A stretch of DNA of 64,000 nt from Candidatus Poseidoniales archaeon (GTDB taxonomy: Archaea; Thermoplasmatota; Poseidoniia; Poseidoniales; Thalassarchaeaceae). Positions 1 to 9,306 of the stretch are shown piece by piece. Where the stretch lies: positions 137,127 through 201,126 of the forward strand of contig JAPOFX010000001.1 of the NCBI GenBank assembly GCA_028283505.1. Direction: 5' to 3'. A program made the position numbers and the translations under genes. Each line of letters opens with the position of its first letter. The stretch's first letter is position 1. Under the pieces are notes generated by a model. The model was not told the origin of the DNA, did no database searches, and saw only the letters and a program-made list of their open reading frames with translations.

Positions 1-441
1 AGTGAAAACTACATTTCGGACGAATGCTCGGTATCTATCCAGGAAGGAGAGGACTGGTGCCTGGGGGAATCCAACTACACGTCCCTTGGAATAATCGGGA
101 GCCTTCCTAGCACCTCCGTAATGTACAATCCACTCGTCTTAGACACCAGAAGTAGGGCGTCGATACTAAACTCCCTGATCGATTTAAACTATGATATGTA
201 TCTGGAGAATTACTCCCGTCCAGGTTTTGGGACATATACCGGATGTTATGATATATCTGTCCACAAGGTATTCGAGAATATCCCAAAACATAGCTGTGGA
301 GACGAGATTCTAAAAAATATCTTGAATGGACCCGGAATAGTTAGAACCAACTCACAAGAACATCTAGGCGAATACTCTGAGGATGTTCTAATGGTCCCAG
401 GGGGTTTCTACGCCGTCGAGGAATACATGTTGACGGAATAA
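1..441 (+). CDS. Phosphate/phosphite/phosphonate ABC transporter substrate-binding protein (PhnD-like), 5'-truncated
   Basis: Frame is open from base 1 (SENYISDECS...IIGSLPSTSVMYNP...RASILNSLIDLN) and resembles a PhnD C-terminal region; directly upstream of PhnC- and PhnE-like genes. Confidence 0.55.
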   Translation, partial: SENYISDECSVSIQEGEDWCLGESNYTSLGIIGSLPSTSVMYNPLVLDTRSRASILNSLIDLNYDMYLENYSRPGFGTYTGCYDISVHKVFENIPKHSCGDEILKNILNGPGIVRTNSQEHLGEYSEDVLMVPGGFYAVEEYMLTE

Positions 442-523
442 TCCAATTGATGCTAGATAAATTTCCTTCCATCAATACCATATATGGGTTTAGGACCGCC
501 TAAACTATACCAAGGTGGGAGTA

Positions 524-1228
524 ATGCAGGCAGGCTCCTTTTTCGTTCAACCAATCTTGGTTCTGAAGGATGTGGTAATAGGATATGATTCCTCAGATCC
601 ACTTGTCAAAGTTCCTGATTTGCAGGTCTTCCCGGGAGAAATAATCGCAATCGCAGGACCCTCAGGCATAGGCAAGTCAACCCTTCTAAGGACAATAGCT
701 GGATTGGTGAGCCCTATATCTGGAACTCTCGAAGTGTGTGGCAAAACCCTTCCAGAAAGTCCTCCAAGAGGACATCTCGGCTATGTCCCCCAAAAACTGG
801 GGCTCGTCCGGCACGCTAGCGTAAGACACAACGTGGATCAGGGTGCGAGAGCTGGAACTAGGTTACGAAAAGAAAGGAATGAACGTTCGACAGGGGCAAT
901 AGAGCAAATGGGACTAACCGACAAGTCCAGAGAGCCGATAAGAAGGCTCTCGGGCGGACAACAGAGGAGGGTCGCGACTGCTCGCACACTGGCTCAGAGG
1001 CCCAGGCTAATTCTGGCAGATGAGTTCCTCAGTGAATTGGATGAAGAGACACTTTCTTCTGTTTTGGAAGCAGTAACTAACTACGTAAGGGAAAACGACG
1101 CTTGTCTTATAGTCGTGGAACATGACATCACTAGAGCTAAGATGATGGCCGACAAGCTCTTGGTAATTGATGACGGAAGAGTAAACCCATTCATCAAGGG
1201 AACGAAAGCATTGGAGGTCAATATATGA
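524..1228 (+). CDS. phnC: ABC transporter ATP-binding protein, PhnC-like
   Basis: Walker A GPSGIGKST, LSGGQ signature, ILADE Walker B, VEH; adjacent to PhnE-like permease; start could also be GTG 515. Confidence 0.75.
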   Translation: MQAGSFFVQPILVLKDVVIGYDSSDPLVKVPDLQVFPGEIIAIAGPSGIGKSTLLRTIAGLVSPISGTLEVCGKTLPESPPRGHLGYVPQKLGLVRHASVRHNVDQGARAGTRLRKERNERSTGAIEQMGLTDKSREPIRRLSGGQQRRVATARTLAQRPRLILADEFLSELDEETLSSVLEAVTNYVRENDACLIVVEHDITRAKMMADKLLVIDDGRVNPFIKGTKALEVNI

Positions 1229-2142
1229 GGGTTTCAATCGATAGTGGGATCTTAACTAAATCCTTTCTTTGCATACTTATGTTAGCATTCCTTGTACTGA
1301 ATGGTATGGTAAGTGATTGGGGAAGGCTAACCGGAGGTTTCGGAAATCTGAAAAATTTCTTTTATCAGTCACTTTGGCCTCCTGATTGGAGCGTTCTGGA
1401 ACCACAGGTGTACCCGGTTTGCACTGCAAGATATCCCTTTGAGTTCACCTGTTCTACCGCGTGGATAGGAGTCATAGAGACAATCAAAATAGCGTTTGTA
1501 GCGACGGTCTTTGGCATGGCTTTGTCTTTCCCCCTCTCCCTTGCCGCCGCTCGAAACCTCAGTCCAGGTTGGCTATCCTTCTCATCAAGATTTATCCTAT
1601 CAGCATTTAGAAGCCTCCCCAGCCTAATCTGGGCAATATTCTTTGTAATTCTAATCGGTATGGGGCCACTTTCAGGAGTTTTGGCAATGACAGTGTATAC
1701 TGTGGGATACTTGGGTAAATTGTGGTATGAGGCGATAGAGGGCCTGAGTAAGACTCCCTTGGAAGCCGCACAAGCAATGGGTTTGAGCCAGTATGAGACT
1801 GCCCTTAGTGTAGTCGTACCTGAATCAGCAAACGAACTGATTTCCCACTCCATTTTCCTATTCGAGTACAACTTCAGATCTGGGACAATTATTGGCATAG
1901 TTGGAGCCGGTGGAATCGGGTATTACATTGACTTGTATCTGAGGTTCCTGCAGTACGACAAGGTAGTGGCTTATCTTCTCATAATATTCCTAGTGGTACT
2001 AATAATCGACTTCATATCCATTTATGCAAGGTCTTTCTTCACTGAAGATGACGATCTCAAGGCCCCCTCATGGTTCGAAGTAATATATGGCCTCGGGAGA
2101 GCAGCGAGCAATCCCTCGTCGTTTTATCGTGGACGGCGATGA
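1225..2142 (+). CDS. phnE: Phosphonate/phosphite ABC permease PhnE
   Basis: PPDW, ETIKIA, FRSLPSLIWAIFFV, FEYNFRSGTIIGIVGAGGIG motifs typical of PhnE; ATGA overlap with the ATPase gene. Confidence 0.85.
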   Translation: MRVSIDSGILTKSFLCILMLAFLVLNGMVSDWGRLTGGFGNLKNFFYQSLWPPDWSVLEPQVYPVCTARYPFEFTCSTAWIGVIETIKIAFVATVFGMALSFPLSLAAARNLSPGWLSFSSRFILSAFRSLPSLIWAIFFVILIGMGPLSGVLAMTVYTVGYLGKLWYEAIEGLSKTPLEAAQAMGLSQYETALSVVVPESANELISHSIFLFEYNFRSGTIIGIVGAGGIGYYIDLYLRFLQYDKVVAYLLIIFLVVLIIDFISIYARSFFTEDDDLKAPSWFEVIYGLGRAASNPSSFYRGRR

Positions 2143-2144
2143 TA

Positions 2145-2396
2145 TCAGGAATCCGCAACAATCCTGATTGCGCCGTCTTCATAGAATATCTGTATGCTAT
2201 CTGGTACCTTCGTGGTAAGGGAGGCTAGTGCTTGGTATACTTCATCTTTCTCGACCTTGAACGCCTCGGCCGCTCTCTCTGTCGACCATGGAACTTCCAC
2301 GAAGTCAGACGCGGAAATCCACCTTAGAAGGCGACTTTCAAATTCTGTGAGATCCTCTGCAGACAATATTATCACATTCCCTATGGGATGGCACAA
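2145..2396 (-). CDS. Small hypothetical protein, possibly winged-helix-like (start may be GTG 2375)
   Basis: Fills the gap below gpsA on the same strand; plausible helical sequence (WSTERAAEAFKVEKDEVYQALASL). Confidence 0.6.
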   Translation of the reverse strand: MCHPIGNVIILSAEDLTEFESRLLRWISASDFVEVPWSTERAAEAFKVEKDEVYQALASLTTKVPDSIQIFYEDGAIRIVADS

Positions 2397-2418
2397 ATCA
2401 ACCTATCCCAGTAGATTA

Positions 2419-3420
2419 TCAGTTCTCGACCATCATCTTGACAGCATCTTCTGCCTCGATTCTTCCATCTAGAAGCTCCCCTAGGGCTCCTATGAAAGAA
2501 GTCCTTACGCCCAATTTTGGGGCCCTGGCCAGGAACATTCTGGTAGCCCTAACGCCCTCAGCCACCATGTGCATCTCATTCAGTGACTGGTCCAGACTCT
2601 TTCCGGATCCAAGCTTCTCCCCAAGGGTTCTATTCCTGCTCCGGGGGCTTGTCGCGGTGACATACAGATCCCCAAGTCCCGCTGGTCCAAATGCGGTGGT
2701 TCTGGACGCTCCCATTGCCTCCAAGAGGACCATTCCTTCGCTAAACCCCTTCAAAACCAGAGCCGCCTTGAGGTTATCTCCTCCAATAGAGTCTTTCAGC
2801 CCGTCTACCAATCCACACGCAAGGGCCACACAGTTCTTGTACGCGCCCCAAAGCTCTGCACCATTCGGGTCATCTGCTGGGAGAAGGAAGAGAGTCTCGG
2901 TGGAAAGCCTCTGGGAGATCCTTTCAGCGACTCCATGATCATGACATGCAACAATTGCTGTCGTAATGACTCCTCGAGCGACCTCTGGAGCTATGGTCGG
3001 CCCCGTCATCACAACCACAGGATTAGACTTCCCAGCTTCCTCCAACCTCCTTTCTATAGAATCAGAGATTAGCCCCGAACCCCCCTCATCTTCCGGCGCC
3101 AGTCCCTTTGCCAGATCTAGAATTACCTGAGACGGCCTCAAACTTGGTACAATCCTGTCCACGACCTCGAGAATCACACCGCTAGGGAGGGATAGCACGA
3201 GTATCTCGCAGGACTCGACAATATCAGAGAGCTCCATGGTGACCTGTAGCTCTGGTATCTCATGACCACTCAGGTATTTCTCGTTCACAGATTTCGTCAT
3301 CAACGACTCGTAAACCTCCTGCTCGATGGTCCAACCAAGGACATTGTGACCGTCCTCGCACCACACCTTGGCTAGAGCTGTACCCCAGTTGCCTAGTCCG
3401 ATAACCCCTATTCGTGCCAT
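2419..3420 (-). CDS. gpsA: NAD(P)H-dependent glycerol-3-phosphate dehydrogenase
   Basis: GLGNWGTALA Rossmann motif, AKGL, GPTIAPEV, GAYKN, GLGDLYVTATSPRSRNR, AEGV. Confidence 0.93.
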   Translation of the reverse strand: MARIGVIGLGNWGTALAKVWCEDGHNVLGWTIEQEVYESLMTKSVNEKYLSGHEIPELQVTMELSDIVESCEILVLSLPSGVILEVVDRIVPSLRPSQVILDLAKGLAPEDEGGSGLISDSIERRLEEAGKSNPVVVMTGPTIAPEVARGVITTAIVACHDHGVAERISQRLSTETLFLLPADDPNGAELWGAYKNCVALACGLVDGLKDSIGGDNLKAALVLKGFSEGMVLLEAMGASRTTAFGPAGLGDLYVTATSPRSRNRTLGEKLGSGKSLDQSLNEMHMVAEGVRATRMFLARAPKLGVRTSFIGALGELLDGRIEAEDAVKMMVEN

Positions 3421-3513
3421 GTGCTTCCGCCTCAAGAGGGGGTTAAGACCCTATTCAATGGTTACCCCCCCATACGTTGAGTTCTTGACTGATGAATGAC
3501 CCCGAGCAGCCAA

Positions 3514-3598
3514 GCAGGGGTACCCGAGTGGTCAAAGGGGCTGGGTTTAGGTCCCAGTGCGTAGTGCTTCGCAGGTTCAAATCCTGTCCCCTGCACCA
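3514..3598 (+). tRNA. trnL: tRNA-Leu (anticodon TAG), CCA encoded, no intron
   Basis: Acceptor stem GCAGGGG/CCCCTGC followed by A-CCA; anticodon arm CTGGG-ttTAGgt-CCCAG (3541-3557); long variable arm; T-loop GGTTCAAATCC. Confidence 0.96.
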
Positions 3599-3655
3599 TA
3601 ATCGTCCCGCGATTCGCCACATCTTTGATAAACAGGGGATTATTGTAATACTCAC

Positions 3656-6067
3656 ATGTCCAGACTAGATGTACTAACTGCCAGCCTGTTACTTATTGTA
3701 GCCTCTCTCTCGGGGTGTATCACCGAAGAACTGGTTGATGATATCCTCGGGTGCATGGATGAGAACGCTGCCAACTACGAAGAAAATGCCACTACTGAAT
3801 TAGTAGGTGACTGTATTTACATGGCCACTGCGGAGACTTTCATGGAAGCCATGACTGACGTAGGTAGCATCGAGGATATACTAGAAGACACTCCCAAGGC
3901 TGGATACTCTCAGTCGATTTCATCGAGCGAATGGAACCAGGATTTGGGGATGCAGATGGACGTCGAGATAGAGGACATCGTAATGGCGGATCTTAATACC
4001 GACTCAGTCTACGTTCACAACTCAATTTCGATTGCAGGGCTATTGCAAATTGAATACACTCATGTGCAGGTCGGCGAGGTTGTCAATATCCACCTGTTAA
4101 TGGGTGGAATGATGGCTCAAGGAGATGCAACACAATCCGTCTCCCAAACCCGTGATGCAACCCCCAATGTTTTGGAGGTAATAGCAGAACAGGCAGGACT
4201 CTTCACTGGCGAAGATGATGACGGGGAAGATGATGATGGACCAGTCGTATCTGATGGTATTCCAGAAGACGCAGTAATTACAATCACCATGAGCGATGAT
4301 ATGGAATCCCAGACCATGACAATGGAGTATACTGAGGATGGCGCTGAGATCACTACGACTATTCACATAGATCAGAATCAAGATCTTGTTTCCATGAGCG
4401 TGGAAAGCGACAATGGCTCTGCGACCTCATCACTAACGTATGAGGTGATGTGGGGAGATGCAATAGTCATCGAGGTGGATGACACACTTCCAAGAACCTC
4501 GATTCCAGTTTGGTTTGATTCTGAGATATTCAACGATGTCAACGACCACGATGACCACGGTGATGACGACTCAGAAGAGATGTTCCCATGCGATGGTGGG
4601 AATACGTGGATCCCTTGGGATTGGGTAAATGACGGCCATGAAGATTGCGAGGACGGTTCTGATGAGTACGACGATGATGGATCAGATTCCGATAACGGGC
4701 CAGAAATGTGGATGTGTGACAACGGCGAAGAAATACCTGGGGATTGGGTGAATGACGGCTATGAAGATTGCGAGGACGGTTCCGATGAGTACGACGATGA
4801 TGGACACGACGATTACACATTCTACTGCTCAAATGACGGTGAAGATTACGCTGAATCAATGGGGGGAATCCTGTGCCCTGAAGGGTCAGGAACAACTCCT
4901 GAATGTCCAAATGGAGAATCTTGTGTGTGCATTGATGTCGATGGTTCTTGTGACGACGGAGATGACGATTGGGGATATTACGCAGACGACGATGATGGAT
5001 CAGATTCCGATAACGGGCCGGAAATGTGGATGTGTGACAACGGCGAAGAAATACCTGGGGATTGGGTGAATGACGGCTATGAAGATTGCGAGGACGGTTC
5101 CGATGAGTACGACGATGATGGACACGACGATGACGATGGACCACCATCACCTGAGGATGTAATGTATATGACCGACTCAGATGGAGATGGCAACATGTCC
5201 CAAGAAGAGTTTGTTACATACTGGAACAATGAAAATCCGGACGCGCCGATAGACTCAGACCAATCCTTCCTAACAACTGAAGACGTAGAGGATTTGATCG
5301 AGTTGTGCGACTACGATGCTCCATCAGATCTCATTGATATCAATGAAATGCTGTGCTTCATCGATAACCTAGTCGGAATGATGCCTGATGATGAAAACAC
5401 CCTGAGTCTGGATGACTTTTTCAGTCACTTTGATACTGATGGTGACGGACATCTCACGGCAACTGAATTCATAGATGTCAACGATGTTCCCGATGACGAG
5501 CAGGACGATGTTCACGACATGTTTGACATGTATGACAATGATGATAGCGGTGGTCTAGATCATTCTGAATTCGAGCCTCTTTACGATATGATGGTGGACA
5601 GTGATCATGACGACAGTGATGATGATAGTGATGGTATGGAGCGAAATGACGCTACTGGATTTGTCGCGGACAATCAGACACTTAACGCTCCGATAACCGA
5701 CTTTGAAGTTCACTTCCTCAGCGACTGTGAGGAGGAGTATGACGAGGATGAGAATCAAATGGTTCAGCCGGATCTAAGTACCTGCACAAACGAATTCAGT
5801 ATCCCCCTAAACGGCGGAGACTCGGAAGGTGTTACGATTACTTACACTGACCACGATGGGGATGGCCTAGTCTCTCCTGGTGATGAGGTGTATGTCGAAT
5901 GGGGCGAATATGATGGCGAGGAGATTGACAAGATGGAGATTTACGATAACTGGGCTTCCCAGTATTCATCAGAATCATCAGCTAATCCGCCTGTATTGCC
6001 AGGATTCGGAGCTGTCTTGGGGGCAATAGCCCTCATCGGTGCCTCAATGGCATCCCGGAGAGATTAG
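3656..6067 (+). CDS. Very acidic cell-surface protein with LDL-receptor-class-A-like repeats, EF-hand-like loops and a PGF-CTERM-like tail
   Basis: Lipobox LSGC; three C-x-x-G...W.NDG.EDCEDGSDE units; DSDGDGNMSQEEF, DTDGDGHLTATEF, DNDDSGGLDHSEF; C-terminal LPGFG + TM + RRD. Confidence 0.85.
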   Translation: MSRLDVLTASLLLIVASLSGCITEELVDDILGCMDENAANYEENATTELVGDCIYMATAETFMEAMTDVGSIEDILEDTPKAGYSQSISSSEWNQDLGMQMDVEIEDIVMADLNTDSVYVHNSISIAGLLQIEYTHVQVGEVVNIHLLMGGMMAQGDATQSVSQTRDATPNVLEVIAEQAGLFTGEDDDGEDDDGPVVSDGIPEDAVITITMSDDMESQTMTMEYTEDGAEITTTIHIDQNQDLVSMSVESDNGSATSSLTYEVMWGDAIVIEVDDTLPRTSIPVWFDSEIFNDVNDHDDHGDDDSEEMFPCDGGNTWIPWDWVNDGHEDCEDGSDEYDDDGSDSDNGPEMWMCDNGEEIPGDWVNDGYEDCEDGSDEYDDDGHDDYTFYCSNDGEDYAESMGGILCPEGSGTTPECPNGESCVCIDVDGSCDDGDDDWGYYADDDDGSDSDNGPEMWMCDNGEEIPGDWVNDGYEDCEDGSDEYDDDGHDDDDGPPSPEDVMYMTDSDGDGNMSQEEFVTYWNNENPDAPIDSDQSFLTTEDVEDLIELCDYDAPSDLIDINEMLCFIDNLVGMMPDDENTLSLDDFFSHFDTDGDGHLTATEFIDVNDVPDDEQDDVHDMFDMYDNDDSGGLDHSEFEPLYDMMVDSDHDDSDDDSDGMERNDATGFVADNQTLNAPITDFEVHFLSDCEEEYDEDENQMVQPDLSTCTNEFSIPLNGGDSEGVTITYTDHDGDGLVSPGDEVYVEWGEYDGEEIDKMEIYDNWASQYSSESSANPPVLPGFGAVLGAIALIGASMASRRD
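4668..5131 (+). repeat. Intragenic 146-bp direct repeat (4668-4813 and 4986-5131) plus a more diverged partial copy at about 4616-4680
   Basis: Offset is 318 bp (in frame); by eye a single synonymous mismatch (CCA/CCG). Confidence 0.9.
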
Positions 6068-6129
6068 ATTGGGCGTCCAATAGCTCCAGACGATACCTCA
6101 ATATCCAACAACTGAGTGGCAGGTCTACC

Positions 6130-6831
6130 ATGCCACTCCTGTCAATGAATAATCTAAAGAGGCACTATGAAACTCCTGCGGGAACTGTGAAGGCCCTTGA
6201 TGGAATCAATATTCAGATAGACGAGGGAGAGAGGGTTCTTCTCTTGGGTCCCTCGGGATCAGGAAAGACCACTCTTCTGAACTGCCTATCGGCCTTGGAT
6301 AGTCCTACTGACGGCTCATACATTTTCATGGGGTCAGAAGTCCCTAGGGGCAACTCTGAGGAAATGACCTCATTCAGAAGGGAGAACATAGGATACGTGT
6401 TCCAGTTCTTCAACCTCCTCCAGGATCTTACGGTGATTGAGAACATTTCGCTCATTCAGGAGCTGGCTGGGAACAGGGACAAGTCTAGGGCGGAGGAACT
6501 GCTCAGATTAGTCGGGCTCCACTCCGAAAGGAATAGGTTCCCCGGAGAGATTAGCGGAGGGCAGCAACAGAGGGTTGCTATTGCCAGAAGTATAGCCAAG
6601 AGGCCTACTCTTCTCCTAGGCGACGAACTCACTGGGAATCTAGATTCTGAGACCTCCGACAAGGTGATGCAAGTTCTCGTTGAGGCCTGTGAGAAGGAGA
6701 ACATCACGGCTGTCCTGGTTACTCACGACGAATCTCTGATCGCATATGCAACCAGGGTTATCAGGATAGATAGTGGTCGGATAGTATCAGATGAAAAGAC
6801 AGTTTCAAGCGAGAAAGAGACCATTTCTTGA
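6130..6831 (+). CDS. ABC transporter ATP-binding protein (LolD/MacB type)
   Basis: GPSGSGKTT, IGYVFQFFNLL, ISGGQQQRVAIAR, DELTGNLD, VTHD. Confidence 0.9.
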   Translation: MPLLSMNNLKRHYETPAGTVKALDGINIQIDEGERVLLLGPSGSGKTTLLNCLSALDSPTDGSYIFMGSEVPRGNSEEMTSFRRENIGYVFQFFNLLQDLTVIENISLIQELAGNRDKSRAEELLRLVGLHSERNRFPGEISGGQQQRVAIARSIAKRPTLLLGDELTGNLDSETSDKVMQVLVEACEKENITAVLVTHDESLIAYATRVIRIDSGRIVSDEKTVSSEKETIS

Positions 6832-6840
6832 GGTGGAATA

Positions 6841-9297
6841 ATGTTAGGCTCCTCCAATCTACTGAATAAGAGACTCGCAAGGAGTCTTTGGGGGACAAAA
6901 CTTCGACTTTCCGCTGTAATAGGCATGATCTTTGTTGGCGTTTTTGCAGGGATAACCTTTGGAGGATACTCAGCAAATTTAGGGCCGATGTACGACTCAA
7001 TCTATGAGGACAGTGATTCGGGAAGCAATCTAGCGGATATCTGGATTGATAATGAGAGCTCCATTTGGTCTGCTGATCAGGTTCAATCCCTCTGCTCAGA
7101 GATTGAGTCCTCATGGCCCGAGGGAGCTGAATCCCTGGATCAATGCGAGGGCAGGATCGTGATGAATGGTGCGATGTTCCACATGACTGACTCCGGTCAA
7201 AATGTGATTAATTCCGTATGGCACGGGATACCTCACGACTCCGATGTAGACAAGCCATGGTTCCCAGACGGACACTCCCAAGGTACGCCGGCTAAGGCAG
7301 AGGACGAGATAGTGATTGACGAGCATGTTAGGGAGGCGCTTTCTCTGAGCCTACAAGACGTAGTAACAATTGGGGTAGGGGAGGGAAGTATGAATTTCAC
7401 AATAGTTGGGTTCGCATACCATCCATTGCACATATACATGGCTCCAGAAGGATCTCTATTCCCCCCTGAATCAGGCGAGTTCGTCGTTGGCTACCTTTCC
7501 AGTTCTGGAATGGAGAGGCTTACGGGCTTGTCACAGGGATCTGCAAATACCATAGTTCTGGACATATCGGGTACTCCATCCTTCGACCTTTCTGACACTG
7601 AGGAGTATGAGGGCGAGGAGTTGGACGGAGTAAAGGAGGCTATCGCCAGTTCTATGGATGAAAATGGCATGGACGGACGAATAAGAGACAGGGGGCAGGT
7701 CGAGTCAGTAGAGCTCATGAGGTTAGATCTAGAGGGTACCAAGACTATGGCAGCCCCGTTTACTATCCTAATCCAACTGATCGCCGCCATAACAATCGCT
7801 CTTAGCTTACAGAGGCTGGTCCAGAGCCAGACTCGTGAGATAGCCATCCTCAGGACCCTTGGGTTACCTAGGAAATCGATAATGTCGGGGTATCTGATTG
7901 CTCCTTTGGTAATCGGTGGATTCGGCTGTCTAATAGGATCTATAGCCGGTCCATATGGTATGAACGGAATGCTCGATTTCTATGAGGGAATAGTGGGGGT
8001 TCCAATAATTGAGAGAGAAATACCCAGTGAAATATACCTCTCAACCACGGGCATCACCATGTCAATAGTTATCATTTCTGGGGTCTATCCCGCGTGGAAG
8101 GCGACTAGAATAGATCCCCTGAAGGCTCTCGGTGGGAGCTCTGAAATCAGAGTTGGATCAAACTATCTGCAGACACTAACCAGCTGGATGCCTACCCTAC
8201 TGGGGCTCTCAGTTCGCTCGAGCCTCAGAAAGCCAGCGAGACTAGGGATGACATTCCTTGCTGTAGGAATATCTCTGATGCTGGCGGGTTCGATTCAGAT
8301 GATGACTGTCGCATTGAATGATACCATAGTAGGGGGTTTGAGGGAAGGCCAAACCTGGGATGCACAGGTTTTCGTCCAACCCGGCGGGGAGTCCGAAGTA
8401 GTAGAGTGGGCAATTGATAGAGGCGCCTCATATGAGATAGTTATCGAGGCCCCAGTCGGAACCCTAATTGACCCTTCAGAACTACAGAGAAGCTTCGTTT
8501 TAGTGGGACTGGGGGGTTATGGAGATGGCGAATCAATGAGGCAGACGGAAATTATTGACGGTTCAGAACCAGCTGCAAATACTACCATAACAGAGGTCAT
8601 GATGGACGAGGGGTCATTACAAATGATTGGCTGGGAAGTGGGGGACAGACAATCGGTATCAATATCTGGTAACGAATTGGAGGTAGATATTGTGGGATCT
8701 GTGAGAGGAGAGATTTCTAGAACCATGTTCTTCCACCAGACAGACTTGGCAGGGATAATTGGATTCAACGCTACAGCAGTATACCTTGATTTCCCAGAGG
8801 GGGTTTCCGTTGATGAGGAGCTCGGGAAATTATCCAGTGGAATTCAAGAGAGGGAATCACTTCTTAGAGGGATCGAATCTCTACTCGATCAACAAACCCA
8901 AGTTTTGGGTACGATAATGGTATTGGGATTCATATTCACTCTAGCTGTCATGTTCAATACTATGGTTATGAATCTCGCTGAGAGGGATCTCGAATTGGCT
9001 ACTCTGAGGGTGTTAGGGGCATCTACTGGAAGCCTTTCAGTAATGCTTCTCTTCGAAAGTACCATTATTGGTTTGATAGGGGGCCTGTTTGGTGTGATCT
9101 TCGCCTTCGGTGGCGCTATAGGTCTGGCGGCCGAATTCTCAACATGGCAATTCTACTTCCCAGTGGTCCTAGTCCCGAACGTCGCTTTCCAGCTCATTTC
9201 AGTGGTATTACTGATTTCTGTAGCAATGGTACCAGTTGGAATCGTTAGGCTCAGAAACATGGATCTCGTCGAGAAAGTCAAAGACCTGTCCCAATAA
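6841..9297 (+). CDS. FtsX/MacB-like ABC permease (two FtsX halves)
   Basis: Two REIAILRTLG / ELATLRVLGA motifs, large extracytoplasmic loops, 2x4 TM pattern. Confidence 0.88.
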   Translation: MLGSSNLLNKRLARSLWGTKLRLSAVIGMIFVGVFAGITFGGYSANLGPMYDSIYEDSDSGSNLADIWIDNESSIWSADQVQSLCSEIESSWPEGAESLDQCEGRIVMNGAMFHMTDSGQNVINSVWHGIPHDSDVDKPWFPDGHSQGTPAKAEDEIVIDEHVREALSLSLQDVVTIGVGEGSMNFTIVGFAYHPLHIYMAPEGSLFPPESGEFVVGYLSSSGMERLTGLSQGSANTIVLDISGTPSFDLSDTEEYEGEELDGVKEAIASSMDENGMDGRIRDRGQVESVELMRLDLEGTKTMAAPFTILIQLIAAITIALSLQRLVQSQTREIAILRTLGLPRKSIMSGYLIAPLVIGGFGCLIGSIAGPYGMNGMLDFYEGIVGVPIIEREIPSEIYLSTTGITMSIVIISGVYPAWKATRIDPLKALGGSSEIRVGSNYLQTLTSWMPTLLGLSVRSSLRKPARLGMTFLAVGISLMLAGSIQMMTVALNDTIVGGLREGQTWDAQVFVQPGGESEVVEWAIDRGASYEIVIEAPVGTLIDPSELQRSFVLVGLGGYGDGESMRQTEIIDGSEPAANTTITEVMMDEGSLQMIGWEVGDRQSVSISGNELEVDIVGSVRGEISRTMFFHQTDLAGIIGFNATAVYLDFPEGVSVDEELGKLSSGIQERESLLRGIESLLDQQTQVLGTIMVLGFIFTLAVMFNTMVMNLAERDLELATLRVLGASTGSLSVMLLFESTIIGLIGGLFGVIFAFGGAIGLAAEFSTWQFYFPVVLVPNVAFQLISVVLLISVAMVPVGIVRLRNMDLVEKVKDLSQ

Positions 9298-9306
9298 CGG
9301 CGATAC

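Noticed and set aside
4616..5131. CRISPR-like or DGR template/variable repeat pair
   Set aside because: Repeats are in-frame coding modules with one silent difference; no spacers, cas genes or reverse transcriptase
4539..5150. 203-aa His/Arg-rich minus-strand ORF
   Set aside because: Antisense shadow of the Asp-rich GAC/GAT repeats in 3656-6067
3514..9297. tRNA-anchored integrated element
   Set aside because: No integrase and no duplicated tRNA 3' end (att site) seen in the window
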